Below are positions 21,815 to 35,494 of a stretch of 44,045 bases of DNA, one piece after another. Both the position numbers and the translations under genes were made by a program. The notes beneath the pieces were generated by a model. The model searched no databases and was not told the origin of the DNA. It saw nothing but the letters and a program-made list of their open reading frames with translations. The first letter of the stretch is position 1; each line of letters starts with the position of its first letter. Source of the DNA: Atractiella rhizophila. Lineage: Eukaryota. Location of the stretch: the NCBI GenBank assembly GCA_021432655.1, contig MU271379.1, positions 1-44,045 of the forward strand, given 5' to 3'.

Positions 21815-24790
21815 CTGCCGATATATATCTGAGTCACCGCAAAGCGAACTATATCCTTTAAGTCAGCGGCCTCGATATGTCCTTCCTCCTTAACCTGACT
21901 CAGAGTTACTTTCTTTCTGCTTCATGTCCTTCACATTCAAAGAATAGATGGGAAACTGAGTCTCTCATTCCGTAGTGGTTGCAGCCAGGGTCATTGTTGA
22001 CTCTGATCCTGCAGAGGTAGTTGCCGTTAGAGATGTGTCCTGATCGGAGCTGTACGAAGATGGATGCCTGTGCTCTCGGCATTGTGGATAGCATGTCATA
22101 TGTGTCCTCAGGTGAGATGCTCCTTGAGATAGCTCGGTGGTGTTTACCAGCAGATGTGGAGGTAACCATTCGTTGGTGGAATACCGAAGTTGTGGTGGTT
22201 GCTCGTAAAGCAGAAGGGCTCCACGGAAGCTTATGGGTTCCCGAGGCGTCTTTTAAGTTGGTGGCTGTGTTAGTGGCTGTATCTGCAAGCTTGTTCCCTT
22301 TTATGTCAGCATGGCCAGGGATACATTGAAGTGACAAGGTTGCTTGTGGGAATATCCGGTGAAAGTTGGTAGCTAAGTGGTGGATCCTTTTGACATTGTT
22401 TCACCTTCTTCTCGATCATCTTCAAATGGGAATTGAAATTTAACCTGGAGTCAAGGATCACTCCCAGGTATTTCATCTCCAGCGACTGCTGGACAGTAGA
22501 TCTTACACGAATGGTGAGGTGGCCATAGCGGGATTTCATCTTCCTTAGATGCACGTAGAGGACAAAGTCCGTTGTGGCCTCCTCAAATATCGCCCCGTGT
22601 TTCTCACCCCAAGCCATTGCTTTGTCAAGCATCACCTCAAGGTTAGCAATTGCTTGGATTGGGTTTGTTGCACAGGCATTCATATACATGTCGTCAACAA
22701 ATCCACATCTGAGAGACATCCCTACTGGTGCCTGTATTTCTAAGAGATAAGCATTGTAAAAGAGGTAGATGATAGCAGAGAGGGGGGAGCCTTGTGCTCG
22801 CACCACAGGGAAAGGAATTGAAGTGTACCCATTGAAGTTGTAGGATGTATGACGTCCTCTTAACCACGAGTTTATGATGTTGACTTCTTGAAGCGGTACC
22901 TGCCTCCTCCTTAAGTTGTCAATGAGTCGGTCACGAACAACTGTGGGAAATGCTCCTTTGACGTCCAAGGAAACTGAAGCGGCGACTTCCTTCCTTCTCC
23001 ATCCTTCTCATATGAACTCTGTAACAGTTAGTAAGGCATCATTGGTAGAGCGGCATGGTCTCAAAATGGTAGTTGGGTAGTGCCCTGCTGCTCTTTGCGT
23101 GGAAGGTGAGTCCGACAGAAATGATGCCGTCAAAAACCCTCCCAACGCAGTCGAGGAGAGCGATGGGGCGATAACAAGAGGGAAGAGAGGAGTCTGCCCG
23201 CTTTGGTTTCTTTAAGACGCCGTCGAGAAGCTCTTCCAGGCCACTGGGTAGTATCCAATACTCAGACAGGCCGAGAAGATGAAGAGAGGACGGTGAATCT
23301 CCTCCCTTACTTCCTTTATCACCTTGTTCGATATCCCTGTCGTGCCTGGAGCAGATGTCATTTTAATTCTGTCGATAACCTCATCAATTTCTTCAATCTT
23401 TAAGGGAGCGGAAGTAAAAGCAAGAGGATGTCATTGGGAAGGAATGTCGGAGAGGCCGCAGTGTTGTGCTATAGGATTGAAGGTGGGGTGGAGAAGAGCT
23501 GTTTTGTCAGCTGGGAGGAGACCGTGCTAAAGGGCCTGTCCAAAGTAGCTCCCTGCCTCTTTAGATGTCACAGCACTGCCCTTCCCCTTATTGTATTTGT
23601 GGGCTGTCCATATAGAGCGTTGCTCTAGGTTGGCTAGGAAATCCTCAAGTATTGCGATTGGGCAGATCTGATGTCAGTATGAAGCTGGTCGGCAGCTTTT
23701 CTCCAGAACGAGCGTGTAGCCTCTGAGAAGAGCTTGTCACCTGACCATCATGCTCTCAGGAATCTGTTTCTAAGCCTGTTGACTTTCTTCCTCTTCTCTG
23801 AGAGTTCGTCCGCCCACCACCTTTTGGTCTGGTGATTCCTTGAAGCTCTAGGGACCAGCTCCAAGGAATCAATCAATGCTGGAGGTGAGCAAACTGACCG
23901 CTTTGTCCATGTCTGCCTGCATAGCGAGCTTATCCACTTCCCCAGGGATCTCTGCAATCAGGTTAGATTCTTGCAGGGACTCTCTTACTGATTCCCAGTT
24001 GGTCTTTTGGAAACAATATTGGGGATGTGGATCAAATGTAGGCCAGATGAGTGACAAGGTTGTTAACAACCTGTAATGATCAGAGTTGTGGCTGTCTCCC
24101 CCTTGGTCAGTGACGCAGAATGTAATGAATTCATCAGCAGCCTTGTTAGTGAAAATCAGATCAATGACAATCTCTTGACCCTGAGCACTAATGTATGTCG
24201 GGACCCCCGGTTGAGACCTCAGGGATAAACCTATTTCTTGAAACTCATCAAGAAGTACATCTGCGGTGCCTTCTATGACAGGGTGGGTTCCACTCCTTGT
24301 GATGTAAATTAAAATCGCCTCCGACATATATGAGATCATCATCTCTGATAAGGCATTGAGCTCTTGTGTCGTTAATAAGGAAGACAACATCCTTCATCGG
24401 TTGCTCTTTTCCGCCAGCAATGTAGACATTAACGATTAACATCCTCTCGCCTCCAGCAAACATAAAAACAACTGCTGAAATGTTGAGGTACATGTTAGGA
24501 GCTTCCACATATTACTCTCCCAAAAGGAATTTCTATTGACTAAAATGATTGAGCGTGAGATTTCCATTCTCGATTCAGATGTTTGACTTTCTTCGAGGAG
24601 ATGTATTTATATCCTGGGTATTTGATCAGGCTGCCATTATGTGACATAGTAGTAGGCAGCTCTTGTATCAATATGATATCCACGAATCTGTCATCAGAAT
24701 TCATAAAAGAGTGGGTAACAGTACCACTTTTGTGGTGGTTTTGTTGGATAATTGAAATGGGGGATGTGGAGCATAAGGAATTATTGTGAG
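21815..24790 (-). mobile_element. Degenerate non-LTR retrotransposon (LINE, Tad1/I-like) ORF2: APE-RT-RNase H remnant-Zn finger
   Basis: APE: IIQQNHHKS...DIILIQE, LIVNVY, GGDFNLHH.EW, IDLIF, SDHY. RT: YRPIALLD, LDVKGAF, QGSPLS, GFVDD, YLGVILD. RNase H end: IPGHADIKGNKLAD. Also QLRSGH and HLFFEC. Many stops and frameshifts. Confidence 0.9.
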
Positions 24791-25837
24791 AAAATGGATT
24801 AAAGGGAGGTACATAGGAAACATCTAAGCTGGTGAAACTGCCTTCTCTTGACCATGAAAACGGTTAGTCCGTCATTCTAGTATGTTATCATCGCTATCCT
24901 GAGGCTCTGACTGCATGTTAGACTCCTTCTCCAGATGATCTTTTGACCACATGGCTACTTCAACGGACTCCTCATTATCCTTCTTGTCTTCTTCTATGGG
25001 TTCTATGCTGTGGAACATAGAACCTAGCTCAATTTCTCTCAAAGTATTCCCCCATCTCTTTCGCTTTGGCCCTATCCCCTGCTTTTTTGATACATTTATC
25101 ACCTCCATAGGCATCGTGTGCTCCATGACCCTTATCACCACAATACACGCAACACAGGCTTATTCTGATGTATGAGCAGGGACCATCTGCAGTTTCGTCA
25201 CTGCACTGGACCTGATTTTACCAAGAGACCAAGAGACAATGGTCCACAAGAGCACATGCTTCGAGCCATAATCTTCTTCAGCCCATAGATTCGACACAAA
25301 TACAGTAGGTGGCACATGCAAGTGAGCGTGGCGGAGGTCACTAGCCTATTAAGAAATGAGAAATATGGTGCGGAGTGAGACAAACAAGATTACTGTCAAT
25401 CGATTGGCAACTCTAACCGATTTTGTCAGTTGAGAAACGGTCTCAAGGGAACCAAACTTGAAACCAGTTACTCCCTGGAACGTAATGTTGCGTCCCAGAC
25501 CCAGTTTATTAGCATTACAATAACTTATTTTAGCGACTATTTTATCACTTCAATGCAGCAGTATTCTTCGTCTAGCAAACTATATTACTTCAGTTTGTCA
25601 TTTTAATTCCCCCAATTGGGATTTTATTATGGTGATATATATGGTCTGACAGAGATTCTCCAAGCTATTCACAAAACAGAGTGCTCGAAGACTCGTACTT
25701 CCCTCACTGAATCAACCCTCCATACGGAATTCTATCTCTCCACCATTCTTTCCATAGAAGTGGGAGGCCAGATTATGTTGCCAGCAACTGCTCCAGCATG
25801 CTCCTTATCAGGTTATGGTGGTAGGCCACCCCTACCA

Positions 25838-28800
25838 CAGCGCTCCGACCATTACATTACAAAATATATATATATAAGTAATGTAATGCAACTTACATTA
25901 CAAAATATATATATATAAGTAATGTAATGCAACTTACATTAAATTTTTTCACTGCTCGTAATGCATTATATCTATAAGCACATTATGATTACAGGCCTGT
26001 CGAAAACATAGATTACAATTATGATAATCCCATAATGTAATGCACAACTCATGGTTTCTTACAGCCTTTTGAGTGACTGATTTAATATCTACTGCCTAGA
26101 GTTCCGGCCCGACAATGTTCTGGGTTCTCAACTTCTTAGCATATGACAATCCCCCGCACTTTCTTAGAATTTCGGAATCTTTGAACCTGTCAACGTCCAT
26201 TGTCCGTTGCTCAGTGCACAGCAATCATTGGTCAACGTTTAAGAATCAGAATCATCTCATATAAAGTGTGTTTATTGGCACCCACCATGACCAAGACCCA
26301 CTGACATCTACCCCACCCACACACACACAACCAGCTGCTATGGCGACTTTGACCCCAGTGCGGCATTCTTCAAGACAAGCCCCATAGATCATTTGATTTA
26401 CACTACGGATTCTCCTCCTTGCATCACCATGTTTCTCTATCACTTTCAACACCTAGTCACAACTCCTCTCCAACCTCAAGGCATTCTGCAACTCAAAGGA
26501 GTGCTTCTCACATTAGTCCCAAATCTCATCGACTTCAAGCTTGTTGGTGAATTGGGGGTATAGAATGTCAAGGAAGTAGTAGGTCACCGCTTATTCTAAG
26601 TGATTCGGAGCATTCCGTTGCACAGATACCAGTTAAGGAAGCAGTATGTTCTCGTGTCATCTCTGATTTTCAGTGTCTTATGCAATCAGCTATCACAGCG
26701 GATTCCAAGTGCTCTATCCTTGCTGCTAGGAGAGAGGCGCTCCAACCACAGCTAAAGAAGAAAGCAGGTTTTTGTTTATTGATTTCTTAGAGTTCAAGTT
26801 AATTGATGGATGTGTAGAATGATACCTCAGCAGCAAAGAAGGACAAGAGAAAGCGTCGGCAGCCTGATACAGAGGAGGATGAATCTGAGGAGGGACTAGT
26901 GGCAGGCAACAAAATTGTGTGTCTTTCTTCTTTCAGCGAATCCACATCATACTAATATACAACCCTGTGAGGAGCAGACTGCGGTCAAGCTACCGAAGGG
27001 GAAGAGTTGGATGGAAGTGCACACAAGATTGAACAAGATTGCTGCCTTAGATGATTTTGAGGATGAGGAATGGGAGCAGAAGAAACAAAAGACAGAAAGC
27101 TGGAGAAGCTATGGTAGTGGTCAACCACAAATACTAGATTTCTACAAGTTGCGCTCATTGTCAGGGTTATGTGGTGGAGTGACTGAGCAATGTTCCCTAT
27201 GTTTAGTGGGTTGGAGGAACGAAATGGGAGGATTCCACAGAAGACAAACCCGCTGAATTCACCTGCAGGCTATGTGGGTATGCCGGGCCTGTTGCTCAGG
27301 AAGGTTCGCAGTTCTGAAACTAATATGCTCTGTAGAAAGAAACCGAGTGTGTCCACAAAGAGGTACTCTAATTGCAATAGTCATCTGCATGATGGCCAAA
27401 ACCGACACCTTGCAGTTCAAATTGTCGGTCATGATCCACCTCCTCTCCCTGCTTCAAAGGTCTAAAATCAGTACCCGGAGACCCATCTACCTTCGGAACC
27501 TTCAAGCCAGGTCCAAAGAAAGAAGTTGACCGCTTCTTGCGGAAAATGGTCGAGTGGATTATTCAGAGAGATCATGCATGGACTGTTGTTGAAGAAAATG
27601 AGCTTGAGCAAGCTATCATGTTCCCGAAGCCATCGATGAAGCTGTATGGTTCCACGACAGCAAGAAAGTGGGCTAGAAGATTATATAATGCATTGAAGGA
27701 GCAGGTGCAGAAAGAGTTGGATGAATTGACTGTATATTCTTTGTTACAATGTCAGTCATTAGTTCACTTGCCTTAAAGGAGGACGATAAAGTTCATCTTG
27801 AGACTGACATCTGGCCCAGACTGGTCCAGATGCATACGATCATGGGGACGATTGGGCACTGCATCGATCAAGACTGAAATCGAAAGCGAAGGGTCCTTCG
27901 AGCAACAGTGCTTTAAGAGTCGTATAATGTGCCGATGTTGGCAAAGCAATTGACGAAAGTTATTACCAATCATAATCTTGTAAAGAAGTTTGGTTTGCTT
28001 TTATTCCTTTGTTTCACTTTGTCCTGAGAGTGGGGGCACAGGAAATATCACTGAAGATTCCTGCTCTGCCAATCTCGCCTTGCTTCCTTTCCTTTCCACC
28101 CAATTAAAAGTACAGCACAAGACACTTTGGGACCCAGATGACAACCACTCTTGGTGTGCAGCCCATGTCGTCAACCTTGCAGCTAGGGGAAGGGGAAGGA
28201 TAAGGATAACTCTGAGAAGAAATCTTTGGAGAATGTGGCCTTGGCTTGTGATGAGGAAGGCTGGTCTAAAGCTGAGTCTGAGGCAACTCATATCTCTGCA
28301 AATGAGGAAAGCGATTGGGATACAGAACAACCTCAGCCTCTGCTTGTACAGGCAACTGGCATAATCAAGCCGTCAAAATGGAGTGCACGGGATAAGGTAC
28401 ATTGTTTTGTTTCATCATGCAGCTTGATTAACTAGTAACATAGATTGTTAAAATCTCAAAGGCCATTCAGCGGACACATGGATGACGGAAGGCATTCCTC
28501 AAGGTTTCACAGAAACATTCGAAGCCAAAGGATCAGAATCTTCTCCCGCTCAAGAACAATACGACACGCTGGAACTCTACAAACATTACCCTTCTACGTG
28601 CTTTGAGATTGCGGAAGGTATGACATTGAGCTTGAGTATTGATCTGCCCAGTTAACTGATTATATATTCTCATTAGGCTATTCACCACTTTTGTGATCTA
28701 CACTGGAGAGTGCTCTACAAGTATTGTCCTACTGAAGAGGAATGGGGGGAAACTAGGACTATGTCAGAGGTCCTTACTGTTTGTTGTTTCCTTGTTATCA

Positions 28801-29868
28801 TATTGTCTTGCTCACTCATACCTCTGACAGCCATTCCAGACAGTAACAGATGACCTTCAGGGCAACAATGTCTTCCTTGGCGACGTCCTGCCAGGTTTTC
28901 AGCGCCTTAATATCACCCTCTAGGGGTTTTGGAAGGATGGGGCCATGTCATTCTTCCATCCAAGTGTTAAGGCAGCTCAAAAGAAGCTGCTTAAGTGCTA
29001 TGACGAAATGCGGAAGCGGAGGAACTACATTCTTTCTACTGGTTGGCCACATTCTTGATCTCTGCCAGAAACCCTGCTCATGATATCACAGCCTGTCATC
29101 CTGGGCACCGTCTTGACTTCTTCCACGACAATTATTGTGAGTCAGCCTTTCAGCATGGTGAGGAGATCTTGAAGAATGAATTCCAGCGTGTTGCCTCCAA
29201 AATGCATCTGCAAATCCCCCCCCCCATGTCTGCCTCCTCAGCTTTTAATCCTGACATGGACAATGAGGATGAGAATGAGGACGATGACTTCCAGCCAAGA
29301 AGAGGCTTAGCATCTCTCCCACGCTCCACTGCGCCCGTTGCACCAGGCCTTGAGCATAAAATCGATCGGTTCAACAGAACTGCCCAGCTAGGAAACAAGC
29401 AATGTGCTCTTCAATGGGGGAAGGTATGTTTCTGCTTGGATTGAGATTGCCACCTCATGTTTCAGCACAGGAAAACCATGCTCTCTTCCCGACTCTCTCA
29501 AAGATTGTACATAACGTTCTCACTATCCCTGCAACCCCTGCAGGTGTCGAAAGGCTCTTTTCATGGGCCCGACATATTAACTCTGAGACGCGAAATGGCA
29601 ATACAGGAGCGCACACTGGCTGAGAGGCTGACACACTTACAAGCAAGACCTGGATGCTACAAGGAGTTGGGATCCCAGAGGAATGGTAGTAGCCTAATTT
29701 AGGCATTATAATGCTTACAATCTAATGCAATTACAATTACGGTAAAGCGCACAGTGGACAAAGTAATTTTTGATTAAATTATAAGCCCCAAGAAGCACAT
29801 TATGTTTGCTTAAATTACACTCTGCCGAAGGCCATGCAAGGTATGAGGCTCAACTTCCTGCAGCCCTG
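25838..29868 (+). mobile_element. hAT transposon (element 1) with multi-exon transposase pseudogene (about 26800-29690)
   Basis: ITEDSCSAN, CAAHVVNLAA, NNTTRWNST and the hAT dimerisation motif FPTLSKIVHNVLTIPATPAGVERLFSWAR. Left end candidate is CAGCGCTCCGACC at 25838, with ATTAC/GTAAT subterminal motifs on both sides. The right boundary is uncertain (CAGCCCTG at 29861-29868). Confidence 0.8.
25852..25941. repeat. Tandem 41-bp palindromic subterminal repeat (about 2.2 copies)
   Basis: TTACATTACAAAATATATATATATAAGTAATGTAATGCAAC occurs twice, followed by a partial copy. Each unit folds back (TTACATTAC/GTAATGTAA). Confidence 0.9.
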
Positions 29869-30229
29869 TAATAACACCCAAGCAGTAAGTAAGTCTGCAC
29901 TGATCCAACATCAATTGCACAATCTTTGGCCACATTGATGTGTTGGTTAGCCGAGGATAAGCCATAGAAGCGGAGTGAATTTGTTGGGAGCCTGGCGGCG
30001 GCTTGGTACCTTGAGGTTGGAAAGGAGTGGTCCTTTCAAGCACCCGGCAGATAAATTGGAACATAGGCTGGCCCATGCTGAGGTTACAGTGTTTCAGATG
30101 TACCAGACAGAATGCAACAAGAAGTTGATTTGCTCACCGAAAAAAGCTTCGAAAATGCCTCTCTCGTGTATCAGTAGTAGATGTTGTGGATAGATATCGA
30201 TTGATTTAGACAGGTTATAAATTCCTCGA

Positions 30230-30780
30230 GGGCCATGATGTGTACTGAGAAGTTCTTCTAGTTGGCTCAGGTGGAGGTTATGGAAAGAGCAAGCAAGACT
30301 GATGTTATACTTGGGAGCATTCCTTCATTTGCGATCATAATGTTTTGTCATATCTTGAATATTTTTCTCCAAAGCATCCAGTGCTTCTTTATTTGACTTC
30401 TTCATCCTTGAAAAGAAATCATCAGCTGATTCATTGAGAGTAGAAGGTCTATCCACAAGATTCATCCGTGGATCTTGACCAGTATTGAGTCTGATAGAGT
30501 CTGTCCAGTTGAGGAGTGCACTCAATTGTTGGAACAGAACTCCGCAATGGACACCCATTCCACCCAGTCGTCCTGTCTATAATTGACAAAGATGCAAAGG
30601 AAGGTCTCGATTTCTTGATTGACTTGTTCTGTTTGGCCATCAGTTTGAGGATGATAAGCTGTTGAGGGAGCCACTTGGATGCCTAGGAGACCATAGAGTG
30701 CTGTGGTAAAGTCTGAGACAAATTCCTTCCCTCCATCCGATATACCCCTTCTGGTAGTCCAAATTTCCATTATGAAGATC
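30230..30780 (-). mobile_element. Ty3/Gypsy integrase fragment
   Basis: ISDGGKEFVSDF..LY.LLGI...STAYHPQTDGQTEQVNQEIETFL..FVNYRQDDWVEW..AEF, followed by ...MTKHYDRK. Confidence 0.9.
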
Positions 30781-32249
30781 TGTGCTTGTCCATTGTGGCG
30801 TTATCGGACTGTCTAAAAAGAAATACATGCGACCAATGGATCCCTACCATGATTTCTAGCACATCTTTATTTCCTCTTCGAAATCACTGTAATGAGATGG
30901 ACACAGGGGCTTTCTTGCAGCTTTGGTGGATCTGCCTTTGTTGATTTCCTTTTGCACTCTTTCATTCTCGCTTTCAAGAAGCATCTGGGACACACTGACT
31001 TCTCTGTTGGTCTCTTCTACCCATGTCTATCCATGCTGACAGGCAACAACAGACCTGACATTGTGTGTATGTTTTCTTTCTTGATTATTGTACGTGTCAG
31101 AAGTGTAAATATGGCTGAAGCAGTTGATTCAATTGGGAGTCGGAGCCAACATCATCGTTCCTTCAAACCCTTGAACTCATCCTCCTACTGGCTTCACCAC
31201 ATATAGCTTATCATTTTGCAAGTACGTCGCATGCTTTGACCAAGACCTGATTTATACAATGTTTTCATCGAGGATGTATATCATCCGGTAAGTATTGATT
31301 TCTTGTGTCTTTAAGCAATGAATATCACCTTCAGCGCCTTCTTGCCATCATCACCCAATGGAGCTCGTCATCTGACGACAATGGATCAATCGGTACCATT
31401 CAGCAGAATGTATGCATCTCTCCTTCTAGACTCCGGATTTTAAAACAAAGGTTGATTCACCCCACATTCAGACTAGGCAGAAGTTTGTTACTGAAAGTGA
31501 GGTCAAGGTTAGTTCTGCTCTAGCCTACGAATGATGAAATAAGTAAGGCTCCCAGCAACAACTAGCGATTATTGAGTTTAGAGTTATGACTTTTTCGCTC
31601 GCCGTTACGATAGACAATGTTGCTTGTAGCCTACCTTCCATCTCACCCACCCGTGCATTTAAAATTGTGGACCTGTCGATAATCTGAAGCGCCATCCTGA
31701 GCAAATTTGTGACTGGGAGGATGACCCCAGGCAACGACGAGCGAGAAGGCACACAGACTCATATGTACACACCATATGCATGCTCATAATGGCATCATAA
31801 TTTTCCATTACATCAATAACAACTCTCGACGTGCCATGCAGTAAGATAGCTGGTTTTGCTAGCCCGGTTTCTTGAGCTTATCAATGACAATGCCATTCAT
31901 ATTAGCTCAATTAGTAGTAAAACATCATTCTTAGTCTTGGCAGACGACAACTAACAATGTATCTACCGCTAGACCTGTTCCATTCCAAATGGAACAGTGA
32001 AACAACTCTAAAGCTTTGTCCACCTCCCACATGGTTCCAGTCCTTCTGGGAAGTATACCCCAACACATTGACAGATACTCCTGAATTGTATCACATACAA
32101 TTAGAATTACGCTTAGGGTTGCATCCTAGAAACTATTCTCCATCATGATCAACACGGTCTTGTCATCGTAATCGCAAAATACAGTCATCGCCCCATTCAA
32201 GTTTCAAGCATCCATAAGTCCTTCTTCACTAGAGAAGTAGTGATAAAGT

Positions 32250-32420
32250 AACTTGTCAATACATGTGCCATCACTCAGTATCGAATGGTTGAAAACGGTG
32301 ATGCCAGCCTTTACCTTGGAATTGAGATAGCCAGAGATCATCCAAATCGTTGACTGTACATGCACCAATATCACTATCTTGATGCAGTGCTGAAGCAGTA
32401 CAATATGACAGATGTAGATC
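32250..32420 (+). mobile_element. Ty1/Copia reverse transcriptase fragment
   Basis: YRMVENGDASLYLGIEIARDHPNR*LYMHQYHYLDAVLKQYNMTD. Confidence 0.75.
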
Positions 32421-32734
32421 TGCTCATCCTGGTGATTAACACCTGGGCATGACCATTATCCAAGAATCCAACCTGCTCATCCCTGGTGGTAAGAACCTGG
32501 GGAGAGCAGGTCATTGACTGTTTGTATGTATACCCGTGTGCGGTGATCGTACCACACTAGATACCTCCAACACCCCTCCTCGATCGTTGCACACCTTTCC
32601 GTACCGTCCTGCCCCTCTTTCTGCCTCTCCATCACCCTATCCCGTTTCGGTCCACTCAACCCTCATGTATGTCTCAACAGTCCCTGCGTGCGTATCAGCT
32701 CTCCAAAGGCAACCCGATAATAGAATTGGACTGA

Positions 32735-32935
32735 GTGTGCTTCGTTCGATTGTGGTTTGCAGGATGCTTCGCAACGATTATTGTGCTCTGGTTGTCACCA
32801 CGTATTATCATTACGGATCTCTGTTCAAATCCAAGTGTTCTCAGGATCTCCCTCAACCATACCGCCTCCTTTGTAGCCAAAGAGAGTGCCATGTACTCAA
32901 CTTCTGTAGACGATGTCATTACCGATTTCTGTCAA
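32735..32935 (-). mobile_element. Ty1/Copia RNase H fragment
   Basis: QKSVMTSSTEVEYMALSLATKEAVWLR...IRGDNQSTI...NHNRTKH. Confidence 0.9.
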
Positions 32936-33396
32936 TATCTGAGTAGTCGAAAACAAGAGACCATCCCACCTGCTAGGTTGAAATGCATCCAGATATGGAC
33001 CATCTACTGTCGATGTCCGCCGCATGATCCGCTGTGGCAGGCACAAACATGTATAATCCATAGAATGAAAGCTAAGACATATCCACCCCCACCTTGAGAA
33101 CCGCTACAGGTGGCTAGCCTGCACCTGAATCCACCGACACCCACGCTTGCACCCAGAAAATCCTACCATCAGGACCCCTTCCGTCTCCCCTCTCTGCGAT
33201 CACGCTCACCCACCTTACACCTCATCAACAATGCCCCCGCCACTCCCGCCCATACCCCCCTCTCATTGTCTCTCTCCCGTAGCCGAACGAAGAGCACCCC
33301 CTCCTTACACACAGCTCTCCCTGATTAGCTCACTATCGCCGGCCGACACGCTAATAACCTTGCACCTTAGACCTCACATTCAATAAGAGATTAGTG

Positions 33397-35490
33397 ATGG
33401 ACCTGGAGCAACAACCAAAGCACATTCAACCACGGGCGAACCCAGCAAGGTACAGCGACAGATCGTGTGGAAACGGCATCAGTCACATATACCGCTCCAG
33501 CACCAGTCACATATACCCCTCCAGCTGCATTAACCGAGTCGGAATCGAGCAGGGAATCAAATGAAAGCCTACTGAAAATCAGAATGAGGCAACAGGCGAG
33601 ATTCCATCAGCTACCACCGTGACCCCCTTCGCCATCGGCAGTGTCAAACCCAGCAGTGCATGAGGACGAAGGAATACCAACTGTAAATGAAAAACAGAGA
33701 TAGTTGGCACAAGGATATGAACTGCTGCGAAAGGCTCCTCGAGAGGCGACAATGGAAGAACAGTCAGAAGCGCTAAAAAAGTGGAAGTTGTTTTGTATCA
33801 CTATTGAAGTTGGAACAGCTTGGACAGGGCCACTGGAAGGGCACGTGCCATCATAGACGAGGGGGGGACCAGAAATTTGATGAGCAAGGACTTTTATCTA
33901 AAGAACCAAAGAAACCGGCCCTCCCCCTCCTTCCATCAGACAGTTAGCTGATAATTGGGAATAGATCAGTAGCTTTACCAATTGGCAGGATAACGACTCA
34001 ATCAGCAGTTATCAACGGCCCTCAACTAGCCGAGACCCAGTTCAAGATCCTGGATTCAGGGCGAGCAGTTGATGTACTCCTCAGCAAGTGATGGAAAAAG
34101 ACATGGAAGCGATCCAATTCTACAAATGGGACGTCATATGCTTCACACCAACGGACGACAGCAAGACTTAGAAATGTTATAAAAACAAATCAATTGGAAC
34201 TGCCTCGAAACCTCCCATCAAACCTCCTTGACATCATCAAATTACTCACCTCCGGAACCATATTCTACTTCGACACCATCACCAACCACAACATCAATTT
34301 ATCCTCACAATTCCAAATCATCGACAACTCTTGCAAAATAGATGAAGAAGTATTTGTGCTCGAACAATACAAGAAAATCCTGGGTCCTCCCTTCCGGCCT
34401 AGATGCCCGTTGGGTCGGCACTAGGGGAGGAAAGTAGCAATTTCGGCTCAGATGACTGGAGGGGAGTGGAGGCTACCCTAGCCGTCAAGAGAACCAACTC
34501 CCTTTCTACCCCTGGTGGAAAGCATGAGCAGCCTTTCCCATAACCCAACACCGGAGGCTAACGCTCCAACACTTTCCCTCAGCATGCAGACCTTCCAAAA
34601 TGCTTTTGCCGGCACCTCTAGGCTTACAGATACTGAGTTCTTCATCAGAATGATATCAGAAAGCGAAATCTCTGAAGAAGTCGTAATAGCTATAGAAAAG
34701 ACGACCCACGAGATGGCGAGCGAAGAGGATGAGACACAGGCGCCAGGAAAATGCCGCATGAACGGAACTGGATGGGAGACGATGGAGCAGAGATGGGAAA
34801 GATTGAAGGATCATTTTGTGATTGAAGATGGAAAGGAAGCCTCGAACCTAACCGAAGAGCAGAGACAACAAGTCACAAAAGTCCTCAGAGATCACGTTGA
34901 TGTATTCGCTACCTCAATAGGCAACATGTCTCAAACTGCCATCATCCAGCACTCAATAAAGCTCAAGCCAAACTCGCCTCCAACACACTCGTCTTTCCAA
35001 CAAGCCTCAGCCTTCCACAGCGCCAATTTATGGACAATGAAATCAACGCCATGCTACATGACAACGTCATTGTCCAGCTTCCAACGTCTGAATACCAACC
35101 TCCTCACATTGCACATCTCAAAATTGTTCCCAAACCAAATGCTGAAGATAAACTGTTTGATATGTCCCTTGACTCTCTTCAATTAAAGGTCTCTCGGGCA
35201 CTGGCTCAGCTAGAAGGTAAGCAGCCAGCTGAATCACTAGAGAAGATAGAAGATCCGGAAAGGCATGAACTCCCATCGAGACCAAAGGCAAAATGGAGAA
35301 TGGTAATAGCATTTCTGGGACTCAACACGGTGACAGAATCGTCTCCATTTCCGGCGTCAGGGCTCAACCAAACACCAGCAGAAATGGCAGGAAACAAGTT
35401 TTATTTCTGTGTGGACATGTGCAGAGGTTTCTACGCTGTCTTCATGTGAGAAGAGGACATCGAGAAGACAGCTTTCTATGCTGCTGGAAG
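33397..35490 (+). mobile_element. Degenerate Ty3/Gypsy gag-pol remnant (protease and start of RT)
   Basis: Protease-like RAIIDEGGT.NLMSKDFY (about 33845) and FKILDSG..DVLL. RT: KWRMVIAFLGLN...P.P, FCVDMCRGFYAV..EEDIEKTAFY. Truncated where hAT element 2 begins. Confidence 0.75.
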
Positions 35491-35494
35491 ACAA

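Noticed and set aside
25852..25941. CRISPR-like array
   Set aside because: There are no unique spacers, the context is eukaryotic, and it is a tandem subterminal repeat.
33478..33525. 24-bp tandem repeat CAyCAGTCACATATACCsCTCCAG
   Set aside because: It is a codon-multiple repeat inside the gag-like region (SVTYTAPAPVTYTPPA) and is unremarkable.
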